Shown here: piece after piece, positions 41,843 to 51,766 of the stretch
Layout of the letters: the number at the start of each line of letters is the position of its first letter
Position numbering within the stretch: position 1 is the stretch's first letter
Assembly: GCA_965198225.1 (NCBI GenBank)
Contig: CBDAOY010000009.1
Location: 704,001-768,000, forward strand
From: Terriglobia bacterium
Lineage (GTDB): Bacteria; Acidobacteriota; Terriglobia; 20CM-2-55-15
Direction of reading: 5' to 3'
Length of the DNA: 64,000 nt
The notes under the pieces: generated by a model
Told to the model about the DNA's origin: nothing
Database searches by the model: none
Seen by the model: only the letters and a program-made list of their open reading frames with translations
Made by a program: the position numbers and the translations under genes

Positions 41843-43342
41843 GTGATATCTAAGACACTGAAAATATTTGTACTTATTCTTGTTCTCACAGCGGTCAGCC
41901 TGGTGGCGCAGCATCCGACGATGGATCCGAAGACCAAGGATGTGCCGTCGGTCGACTACCAGGAAGGCCCGCTGGTCCCGACCATCGATAATTACTACCT
42001 CCAGGGAGACCCCTCCGAGTTCATCCCGGACGAGTTCATGTCGAACCCGAGCGGGGAAGTCGACCCGAGGGAGCTGAAGGGGTATCACTTTCCTCCGCAG
42101 CTCAAGTGGGTGAAGGTGGTGTCGGATCGCCAGATCAAAGCGGGCGGTACGCTTCGTCTGGAGGCACAGGCGGAGAACCCCGTGCCGACACAGCGCTGGT
42201 GGATTGCTTACCAGAACCAGTTCGGCCGGCGTTCGACCTACCGCGCCAACTTCAGGCCGCGCGAAGACAACCCGTGGCTATTCGATGGCGTCGTCCAGAT
42301 CGACGAGTGGGCGGAGCCCGGGGTCTATGTCGTTTACGACGGTGAGCTCAACAGCGAGCTTGGACACTCCAAGGCGTTTTTCCCGCCGATGCACCCCGCG
42401 ATGCTGGGTCTGGAGTTTGAGATCCTCCCTAATACAAACGTCGATGTGATGTACCCGGACCTCGTCGAGCTCTACATCGGTGAGGACGAGAACATGAACG
42501 GCGCGACGTTCGATATCGGGGACATGATTCCGGTACGTGCGAAGCTGTTCGACAACAAGTCGGGCGCCAGCGAGGTAATCCTGCGACTGTCCGGCCCGGA
42601 CAACAAGTATATCGAGCTGAACCTGGCACCGCGATTCAACCATCCCGGAGAGTTCGTCGGTTACTTCCAGATCAATCAATGGTCGGTCGGCGGTGAGTAC
42701 GTCGCGCGTACGATCCAGATCAAGGACCGAGCCGGCAACCAGAAAGACCTGTTCTCGACCACGAACGAACTTCTGGCCACGGCGAAATTCAACATCCGCC
42801 AGGACCCGGCCAATGTCGACAAGGTTCCACCGAAACTGGTCAGCGTCGCGTTCGACCGCGCGACGGCCAGCCTGGAGGAGGAGACAAAAATTATCGCGAT
42901 CGCCGTGGACGACCACTCAGGTATCGGCGACATCTGGGTCGACGTCGGAGCCAGCCCGAGCTGGATCGACAAGAAGAGAGTCCGTCTGAAAGCCAAGGAG
43001 GGCCGGACATTGATCAAGCCCGGTTTCGACGTCAAACAGAATATCTATGAAGGATCGTTCAAGACCCACAAGTTGGACGAGCCCGGCGACTGGGTGATAT
43101 CGCGTGTGTTCGTTCGAGACAACGCAAACAACTACCTGGACGTTCGAGCCGTCGAGAGCCCGGACCTGCAGAGTGTAAAGGTTCTTTACGGTGAGAGCGG
43201 AGGCGCCGGCCCGAGGCCCGCGGCGACGAGCCAGACGACTCAGGCCAATCCACAGCAGGCCGACCAGACGAAGATTCGGCGAATCGACATGATTCCACCT
43301 CATCCCCCGCGTGGGCCCTGCTTGAACTGTCACGAGCCTTAG
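41843..43342 (+). CDS. Secreted protein with three Ig-like repeats and a C-terminal CxxCH (magnetochrome-like) motif
   Basis: GGAGG + GTG start, signal peptide, repeats D..P.L..D..SG..G.Y/W..D.A.N, ends IDMIPPHPPRGPCLNCHEP. Confidence 0.8.
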   Translation: MISKTLKIFVLILVLTAVSLVAQHPTMDPKTKDVPSVDYQEGPLVPTIDNYYLQGDPSEFIPDEFMSNPSGEVDPRELKGYHFPPQLKWVKVVSDRQIKAGGTLRLEAQAENPVPTQRWWIAYQNQFGRRSTYRANFRPREDNPWLFDGVVQIDEWAEPGVYVVYDGELNSELGHSKAFFPPMHPAMLGLEFEILPNTNVDVMYPDLVELYIGEDENMNGATFDIGDMIPVRAKLFDNKSGASEVILRLSGPDNKYIELNLAPRFNHPGEFVGYFQINQWSVGGEYVARTIQIKDRAGNQKDLFSTTNELLATAKFNIRQDPANVDKVPPKLVSVAFDRATASLEEETKIIAIAVDDHSGIGDIWVDVGASPSWIDKKRVRLKAKEGRTLIKPGFDVKQNIYEGSFKTHKLDEPGDWVISRVFVRDNANNYLDVRAVESPDLQSVKVLYGESGGAGPRPAATSQTTQANPQQADQTKIRRIDMIPPHPPRGPCLNCHEP

Positions 43343-43412
43343 AGACAATTATCTTCGACGAGTTTTGAACTACATAAATCGATATCGAATCGGAAGACAA
43401 CAAGGAGTTCAC

Positions 43413-44600
43413 ATGAATCGCCGATCATTCTTGAAGAGTTCGAGCCTGGCCGGTGCGGGGCTCACCCTGACTCCGCGCCTTGGAGCCTCTGCTCCTCAGA
43501 CCAGCGCGTTGAACCTCAAGACGAAGCACCTGATCTGGATCGTCAACGGCAACGGCTGCCGGAAGAAGGAATACCTCGAGGATCTCGACGTCGCGCCGAA
43601 CTTCAATGCACTGGCCAAGGAAGGTTACGTCTTCAACGAAGACCACAACGACCAGGCGTCCTCACACGGAACCTCCTACACGGAACTGCTCACGGGCAAC
43701 GTGTCACAGACCAGCGTCCCGCTTTTTCCGACCGTGCCGCATTACGTTCGCAAGGCCTACGGCGACGAGGCGACGAAGTACTGGTATCTGACCGGCGCCG
43801 ACTACTTCAGGCAGTGGCGCTACAATCTGAAGTACTTCGCCGCTCACAAGGACTACCCGGCCTCGACGCGGCCCGTCTCCTTGACGACTCAGAACGTCTT
43901 CCAGGACATGTGGTACAAGAAGCGGGATCGTTCGCCCCGGCAGATCATCGACGAAGAGTTCCCGAACAACATGGGCTTGACCGAGAAGGAACGCGTGAAG
44001 CTGACGGAGTGGATCGAAGGCGTGATGTCGACGCGCAGCTACGAGCCGTCCCTGAACCATCCGTTCATTCCGCGCTCCCCGTTCGTGGAAGAAGGACAGG
44101 CGATCAGGATCATTCCGCAGATACTCCAGACGTTCAAACCACGGGTGCTGATCTTCCAGCAGGTATCCCACGACACGGGCCACGGCGCCGGAGGATACCT
44201 GCGTTATGAGACGGGCCATGACGAATATCGCTCGACCGCCATCTCGACTGACGAGGCAGTGGGGCAGGTCATCGATTTCGTGAAGAACGACCCGTACTTC
44301 AGCCAAAACACGGCGATCGTCGTGAGGCCTGAATTCGGCCGGGACGACGAAGTCAACGCCTACGGCGAGATCCATCACTCGAAGGGGTATTACTACGCCC
44401 AGCGGCCTGCCAGCATCTACTGGGGCCCGGACTTCAACAACGGCTTCGACGGCAAGACCGTCATCAGCCGCCTGGACATGGCGCCGACCCTGACCAAGCT
44501 GTTCAACGTGGACGCGACCGACGCAATGGGGCAGGTCGTCCCGGGCCTGTTCAAACCCGAAGTCGGCGAGCTTCCCGCCTACATCCCCTACGTGGAATAG
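43413..44600 (+). CDS. Tat-exported alkaline-phosphatase-superfamily (DUF1501-like) protein
   Basis: MNRRSFLK Tat motif; SHDTGH, RPEFGRD, DMAPTL. Confidence 0.75.
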   Translation: MNRRSFLKSSSLAGAGLTLTPRLGASAPQTSALNLKTKHLIWIVNGNGCRKKEYLEDLDVAPNFNALAKEGYVFNEDHNDQASSHGTSYTELLTGNVSQTSVPLFPTVPHYVRKAYGDEATKYWYLTGADYFRQWRYNLKYFAAHKDYPASTRPVSLTTQNVFQDMWYKKRDRSPRQIIDEEFPNNMGLTEKERVKLTEWIEGVMSTRSYEPSLNHPFIPRSPFVEEGQAIRIIPQILQTFKPRVLIFQQVSHDTGHGAGGYLRYETGHDEYRSTAISTDEAVGQVIDFVKNDPYFSQNTAIVVRPEFGRDDEVNAYGEIHHSKGYYYAQRPASIYWGPDFNNGFDGKTVISRLDMAPTLTKLFNVDATDAMGQVVPGLFKPEVGELPAYIPYVE

Positions 44601-44631
44601 CTTCGGACCTTCGGACCATGAAAGCCTTTTG

Positions 44632-44664
44632 CGGCGTGGCTCTTTCGGGCCACGCCGTTTTTTT
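44632..44664 (+). terminator. Rho-independent terminator
   Basis: CGGCGTGGCTC-TTTC-GGGCCACGCCG followed by a T tract. Confidence 0.85.
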
Positions 44665-44783
44665 GGGCAGAATCGGCCCGGTGAGGGACCGATTTGGATG
44701 GTTCTTCGGGCTGTCCGACTCGAGATATCTGATAAGTGCTTTTAAATCCGGCTGTTCCGTCTGTACCCCGGCGTTTTCCAGGC

Positions 44784-44809
44784 GTAACCTTTCCGTAGTG
44801 CGGGACGTA
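44784..44809 (+). promoter_or_regulatory. ECF-type promoter, probably autoregulatory and leaderless
   Basis: GTAACC-N16-CGTA ending 8 nt before the ATG; no RBS. Confidence 0.6.
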
Positions 44810-44817
44810 TTTTACTA

Positions 44818-45342
44818 ATGAATCTCGATCGCGAACTCATCGTTCGCGCCCAGCGTGGGGACACGGTCGCGCAAGAGGAGCTCGTGAAGCAGCTGGCGCC
44901 GATGGTGTTCCGGCTGGCCAGCCGATTCTTCCGAACGCGAGAGGACGTCGAGGATCTGGCGCAAGAAGCCTTTGCCCGTTTTTTCAATAAGATCCAGCAG
45001 ATCCGTCCCGCAGACAACGTTCGAGGCTGGGTTTCGCGAGTCACGATTAACGTCTGCTACGATCGACTCCGGAAACTGCGCCGGGAAAAGGCCGCGATCG
45101 AGGGTTTGACTGCGGAGCCGGTAGCGCCGCAGCGACCGGACCCCGACGCGTACGAGCACGTTCGGACGGCGCTGGCGCGACTGGATGCCAAGCTGAGGAT
45201 CCCGTTGGTCCTCAAGGAAGTGGACGAGCTCTCCATCAAGGAGATCTCTAAGGTGATGGGAATCACCGAGTCCAACGTCAAGATCCGGCTTCACCGGGCC
45301 CGCAAAAAGCTGGCTGCGGTTCTTGAAGCCGGAGTAGACTGA
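44818..45342 (+). CDS. ECF RNA polymerase sigma factor
   Basis: DVEDLAQEAF, WVSRVTINVCYD, SNVKIRLHRARKKL. Confidence 0.93.
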   Translation: MNLDRELIVRAQRGDTVAQEELVKQLAPMVFRLASRFFRTREDVEDLAQEAFARFFNKIQQIRPADNVRGWVSRVTINVCYDRLRKLRREKAAIEGLTAEPVAPQRPDPDAYEHVRTALARLDAKLRIPLVLKEVDELSIKEISKVMGITESNVKIRLHRARKKLAAVLEAGVD

Positions 45343-45372
45343 GCGGATGGTGGACGATAGGAGAAACAGGTA

Positions 45373-45729
45373 ATGAAGGAGTTTCTTCCGAGAAAATTCG
45401 TCGAGCAGGAACGCCGGCGCGTTTTTTTGCCCGATTCGGATTTCGCGAAGCGTGTCGTCGCTCGCTTGAAACCGGTCTCGCGGCAGGCCGCCGACGTCTG
45501 GGAGTACATCCCGGCTTTCGCCCGACCGATCGTGGCGGTGACGATGGCGGCGCTGTTTGTGATCGTTGGTCTGCAGATGATGTACCCGCAGGTGCCCGAA
45601 CAGGGCATCGTCGACGCCCATCTGGCCGAGGATTCGACCCCGACTGATGCATGGCTCTACCAGGATGCCGAGATACCCGAAGGCGATGACTTGCTCCTGG
45701 AGATTACCCTGGCGGAGGAGTTGCGATGA
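45373..45729 (+). CDS. Putative single-TM anti-sigma factor
   Basis: Follows the sigma gene; DFAKRVVARL + TM segment. Confidence 0.65.
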   Translation: MKEFLPRKFVEQERRRVFLPDSDFAKRVVARLKPVSRQAADVWEYIPAFARPIVAVTMAALFVIVGLQMMYPQVPEQGIVDAHLAEDSTPTDAWLYQDAEIPEGDDLLLEITLAEELR

Positions 45730-46150
45730 CGCGCACCCTCCAGGCGAAGCTTCTGGTCCTCGCTGTGTTTATCGCGGGAATGCTGAGCGGCGCCGTTGTT
45801 ACCAATGTGTACGAAGAGCGAGTTCAGGGCGACGAGCTTGGGGTGGAACCCAACGACAGGAATCGCGATCGTGAACGGGACCACAACCATCAGAGGTTCG
45901 AAGATTATCTCGGCTTGACTCCGGAACAGCGAGATCAGCTCTCCGAGATTCTTGAAGGCTCCCGCGACGGGTACCGTGAGTTGCGCGCAAAGACCCGGCC
46001 GGAGTACCAGGCGATTCGGTATGCTTCCCGCCAGAAGATCCGCGAAATGCTGAACGATGAACAACGCGGGCGGTACGAAGAGTGGATCAACCGCGAGCGG
46101 GAGCGCGACAACAACAGGAGGCACGGCCGCGGCCGAGGTGGAAGAAAGTT
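45726..46150 (+). CDS. Spy/CpxP-like periplasmic helical protein; native 3' end probably lost at a junction
   Basis: VFIAGMLSG, LGLTPEQRDQL, MLNDEQRGRY. Confidence 0.7.
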
Positions 46151-46540
46151 TGGAGCCCGTGGAGGAAATGCCAGAGCTGCGCAGAGAAGCGGAGCGAAGG
46201 TCGAGGAAACGCTTCTTCGCTACGACCGGGGCGACCGTTGTAAGCTATCGCGTTCTTCGCGTCGCTGGCGTTATACGCGCTCGCGGGGTGGGATGAAGCA
46301 GAGAGGCAAGAACAGGTCGCGGTGTCCAGGCAGTTGGCGGCGCAGGCCGAGCTGCAGATCGATGATCGCCTGGACCTGGGGCTCCTCCTGAGCGTGGAGG
46401 CAAGCCGGGCCGCGAATACCCGCGATGCGTTGAGAAGTCTGAGGACGATGTTGGCAGCCGTTCCCGCGCAAATGAGGTTCCTACATGGCCCCATCGCGTG
46501 GGTAACAAGCGTCGCATTCAGCCCAGATGGTCGGACCCTT
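46150..46540 (+). pseudogene. Fragment of a TM-WD40 (STAND/WD40-type) protein
   Basis: AVSRQLAAQA..LGLLLSVEA..VTSVAFSPDGRTL. Confidence 0.7.
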
Positions 46541-47733
46541 GATGCCGTGCTCCTCGCACTTTGAAAGTACATCGCCTCGGGTGTCTGGTAGTCGAATACC
46601 TGATGACCGCGTTCCTGATTGTAAAATCTGAAATAGACAGTCAGGTTCGAGACCGCCTCGGGAACGCTCATGTAGTCCTTCAGGTACACTTCCTCGTACT
46701 TCACCGTTCGCCATAGACGTTCGACGAAAATGTTGTCCAGGAACCGGCCCCGGCCGTCCATGCTGATCCGGATGCCCTCGCCTTCGAGTCGGCTCGTAAA
46801 CGCATCGCTGGTGAACTGAGAACCCTGATCCGAGTTGAAGATCTCCGGTTGCGCATGCCTCAGGGCCCAGTCCAATGCCGACACGCAGAAAGCGCTGTCC
46901 ATCGATACTGAAACTTCCCAGGCCAGCACATACCGGCTGTACCAGTCCATGATCGCCACCAGATAGATAAACCCCTGCCGCAGACGGATATACGTGATAT
47001 CGGTGGCCCACACCATGTCTGGGCGATCGATCCTCAGCCCCCGTAGCTGGTACGGATAGATCCGATGTCCCGGTGCCGGCGTCGACAACCGCGGTTTGGG
47101 ATAGATCGCTTCCAGTCCCATCTGCCGTATGAGTCGACGTACTCGTTTCGCATTGACCCGGTGACCTTGCTTCTCCAGCCAGTGAGTCATCCGCCGCACG
47201 CCGTAGAACGGCGTCCGTGTGTACTGCTCGTCCAACAGACGCATCAACTCCATGTTCTCGGTGCTCTCGCCAACAGGCGTGTAGTAGAGTCCCGACCGGG
47301 ACACTCCCGACAACCGGCACTGCTCGGCGATGCTCAGTTTCTTGTGGCTTGATTCGATCCATGGCCGTCGTTGTCCTAACGTGAAAGTCCGGGCTTTTTT
47401 TTCAACCAATCCACCTCGACGTGCAACTTCCCGATCTCTTGGTAAAGTTCGGTCCGGACTTCTTCATCGGCTTCCATCGATTGTGTTTTCCCGTTCGAGA
47501 AGATCTCCGACGCGCCATCGAGCAACTGCTTCTTCCACTTTGTCACCATATTCGGGTGGACCCCGTAGTTGGAGGCGATCTCCTGGATCGTTCGCTGTCC
47601 CTTCACCGCCTCCACCGCGATCTTCGCCTTCAGATCGGCACTGTACTGCTTCCTCTGTCTCTTCTTCATCTGCCTCTCCCGAGGCAGCGATTTTACACCT
47701 TAGCGACCTGTCCGAATTTTGGGGAGCACCTCA
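46541..47733 (-). mobile_element. IS3-family element (orfA 47669-47376, orfB via frameshift); right IR not found
   Basis: Left end TGAGGTGCTCCCCAAAATTCGGACA; A-run slippery site 47395-47402; WATDITYI, NSDQGSQF, DNIFVERLW. Confidence 0.92.
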
Positions 47734-47734
47734 T

Positions 47735-50126
47735 TCACTACCTTGTCATGGAGTTGGTGGAAGGAGACACCCTGGCCGCCCGGTTGGAAAAGGGACGGTT
47801 ACCGCTCGATCAGGCCCTCGAATACGCCATCCAGATCGCCGACGCGCTGGACAAGGCCCACCGGCAGGGCGTCGTGCACCGGGACCTCAAGCCCGGCAAC
47901 ATCATGCTGACGAAGTCGGCGGGCGTCAAGCTGCTCGACTTCGGATTGGCAAAGCTGAAGGGCGATGCTGGTGCCGTATCACCCCTCTCCCAGATGCCCA
48001 CGCAGGACCTCTCCGCACCCCTGACCGCCGAAGGCACCATCATCGGCACGCTCCAGTACATGGCACCCGAGCAGTTGGAGGGCAAGGAGGCCGACGCCCG
48101 GACGGACATCTTCGCGTTCGGTGCGGTGGTGTACGAGATGGTGACTGGGAAGAAGGCGTTTGAGGGGGCGAGTCAGGCGAGTCTGGTCGGGGCGATCATG
48201 AACCAGCAACCCGCGCCGGTCACCGAGGTTCAGCCTGTGTCGCCTCCCATGCTCGATGAGGTTATTACCGCGTGCCTTGCGAAGAGTCCTGAGGATCGGT
48301 GTCAAACCGCAACGGACCTCATGCGCGAATTGAAGTGGGTCACAGATGGCAGCGCACAAGTCGGAACGGCTTCCGTCGAAACTCCGTCGAAAGGCCGGGA
48401 CCTCATCTACTGGTCCGCGATGGGAGTCCTTCTGATTTCAACAGTGATCCTGGCCGTCGCTTATTTCTCTACCACACCCCAGGAGCAGACGGCATTCCGA
48501 TTCTCCTTCGCCCAACCCCTGCAGGCTCTCGGGGACGTGCTGGCTATCTCACCCGACGGCGAACGAATTGCATTTCTCGCACCAGCCCCCACCGGGGATC
48601 AGGCGGTCTGGGTCCGTGAACTCGCGTCCGGCGAGATGCGGATGCTGTCGGGCACGGAGGGTGCCGGTAGGTCTCTGTTCTGGTCACCCAATGGGCAGTC
48701 CATAGGATTCTTCACGGCGACAGCCCTCCGGGTTGCGGATCTTTCCGGAGCGGCTCCCCGGACGGTCTGCGCTGTGCCCCAACGACACTCAGGCGGCACA
48801 TGGAGCGCCCAGGGAGACATCATCTTCAACAGCGCCGGTGTCTTGAACCGGGTGTCGGCGTCGGGCGGCCAACCCGTTTCGGTGGATGTGCCGGGTTCGT
48901 ACCCCTACTTCCTACCCGATGGGATTCATTTCCTCTATAGAGCGCGCAGCTCAGGCCTTGAGCCGTCGTCGATTTACCTGGCGTCCCTGGAATCCGCAGA
49001 AACGCGCATTCTGTTGATCGCCGACCGCAACACCAAGGCCGTGTACGCGAGCGGCCATGTCCTGTTCGTGAGCGCAGGCGTGTTGATGGCGCAGCCGTTT
49101 GACGCCGATCGCCTCGAGCTCACGGGAGAAGCCCGCCGAATCGGTCCCCAGGTGTCCTCTCCTGGGGTCTTTAGGGCAGACGAAGTACCGTTTTCGGTTT
49201 CGGCCAACGGTATTCTCGCGTTTCGGTCCGGGAACCGCGTGGACGGACAACTCGTGTGGTTCGATCGTGGGGGAAACGAGACCCGGCGGGTTCATCAGCC
49301 GGAATCGGGCGAGTATCTGAACCCGTCCCTGTCGCCGAACGGGCAGCAGATAGCGGTGAACCGCAGGGATCCGGCGACCGGAAATGTCGATATCTGGCTG
49401 ATCGATGTGGGAAGGGATACCGCCCTCTCCGCTCACGTCAACGCCATCGGTCGATGCCGACCCGGTCTGGTCGCCAGACGGCGAGGAAATCGCCTTTTCG
49501 TCCTACCGGAACGGGAAGTGGGGTATCTGGAAGAGGAACATCCGTGCGGGCCAGGAAGAGCTTCTCTGGGAGGATGTCGAGGGAACCGTCCTAATTCCAT
49601 GGACTGGTCGCCGGACGGACAGTTCGTTTTGCTCCAATGGGGAAACGACGACGTTTGGGTGCTGCCCGTTTCCGGGGACGACCCCTGGCCGCTTTTCAAC
49701 GATCCGGGTTATGTAGAGCGCGCCGCCCACTTTTCGCCGAACGGGCAGTGGGTCGCCTACACTTCGCAAGAAGCCGGTGCGAACACTGTCTACGTGGCGC
49801 GGTTCCCGGACGCGACCGACCGCAAACGCGTCTCCGACGGTGCAGGCTCGCATCCAAGGTGGAGGAGCGACGGGGGGGAGCTGTTCTACAAGAGCGGCGA
49901 CGTCAGCGCACCGCTCATGGCGGTCAGGGTGGATTCCCGCCCATCGGGCCTCGAGTTTGGCAGGCCGGAACCGATTTTTGATTCGACGACGTCGGGGATG
50001 CTGGACGGTCGGAACCATTATGCCGTGACCGGCGACGGAAACAGTTTTCTGCTGCGCCGACCGAGCCTGGATCCAGCGCCCGTAACCATAGTCGTCAACT
50101 GGACGACTGAACTCGATAACCAATGA
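47735..50126 (+). pseudogene. Ser/Thr kinase-TM-PD40/TolB beta-propeller #1; N-terminus removed at IS3, compensating frameshifts at ~49425-49590
   Basis: VHRDLKPGN, DFGLAK, GTLQYMAPE, TM segment, SPDG repeats, C-terminal IVVNW. Confidence 0.88.
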
Positions 50127-51766
50127 ACCCCGGCACCCAACTCGGCCACTACGAGATCACCGACAAGCTCGGCCAGGGCGGCATGGGTGAGGTGTGGAAG
50201 GCCCGCGACCAGAAACTCGGACGCGAGGTGGCCATCAAGACCCTTCCCGAGGAGTTTGCTCAGGACGAAGAACGGCTGGCCCGGTTCGAGCGTGAGGCGA
50301 AGCTGCTGGCCTCTCTGAACCACCCGAACATCGCCACCATCCACGGACTCGAAGAAGACAACGACACGCGATTCCTCGTCCTCGAACTCGTCGAAGGCGA
50401 CACGCTGGCTGACAGATTGAAACATGGCGCTATCCCGGTCGAAGAATCCCTCAAGCTGGCCCTCCAGATTGCTGAAGGCTTCGAAGCGGCGCACGAGAAA
50501 GGCGTCATCCACCGGGATCTCAAACCCGGGAACATCAAGGTCACGCCGGACGGCAAGGTGAAGGTGCTGGACTTTGGGTTGGCGAAGGCATTTGCCGGTG
50601 ACGGTGCGGACGTGAACCTGTCACAGTCACCGACGTTGAGCATGGCAGCAACGCAGCAGGGAGTGATTCTTGGCACTGCTGCATACATGAGCCCCGAACA
50701 GGCCAGCGGCCTGGAGGTGGACAAACGCAGCGACATTTGGGCGTTCGGGGTCGTGCTGTTCGAACTGCTGGCCGGACGGGGTTTGTTCACGGGAGAAACG
50801 GCCCCGCACATCCTGGCTTCGGTCTTGAAGACCGACCCCGACTGGAAGAGTCTGCCACCGAATCTCCATCCCCGACTCCGACTACTCCTTGAACGCTGCC
50901 TGGAAAAGGAATCGAAAGACCGGTACGGTGACATTTCCGATGCCCGAGTGGATGTTCAGAGGGTACTGGCTGATCCTGTCGGCGTTCTGGTCCAGCCCGC
51001 TACTGAGGTTGTTCAGGCCGCACCGCAATCAAAACTGCCGTGGGTCGCCGCCTTCGCGCTGGGTCTTGCCTTGGCCGGTATCGCGGTCTGGAACCTGAAA
51101 CCTGATGCGCCCGACGCGTCTGGTCCATTGATCCGATTTTCTCAACTCCTGCCTGAAGACCAGCAGTTCACTCGCACCGGTCGTCCGGTTGTTGCGGTTT
51201 CGCCGGACGGTTCCAGAATCGTGTACGTGGCCAATAATCAACTTTACCTGAAAGCGATGGATACGCTGGAAGCCAGCGGGATTCCCGGGACGGACGATGA
51301 TCCCGCGGCCCCATTCTTCTCGCCGAACGGTCAGTGGATTGGTTTCTGGTCTGGAGTCGACCGTCAACTCAAGAAGATCGCTGTTAGCGGTGGCGCACCC
51401 ATCATGCTCTCGGATGCCGAGAATCCTTTGGGTGTCCCGAGTTGGGAGGCGGACGACACGATTGTTTTCGGCCAGTCCGAAGGAATCAAGCGGGTTTCGG
51501 CGAATGGCGGCGAAGCGGAATTACTTGTGGCCGGGGCCAACATTTCGACTCCGCAAATGTTGCCCGACGGGCAAACGCTGCTCTTCTTCGACCACGTTGC
51601 CGACGAAATCGCCGTCCAGTCGTTGAACTCAGATGAACGGACGGTACTGTTGCCCGGTGAATACCCGAGATATGTTTCGACCGGACACATCGTCTATGGA
51701 ATCGAGGACGTTCTGTCTGCGGTTCCATTCGACGTTCGGTCACTCGAACTGAGGGGTGGACCGGTT
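50123..51766 (+). pseudogene. Kinase-TM-propeller #2; C-terminal half absent, fused to #3
   Basis: Full kinase domain (LGQGGMGEV, VAIK, HRDLK, DFG); GGPV|TLGHYEIT junction. Confidence 0.88.
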
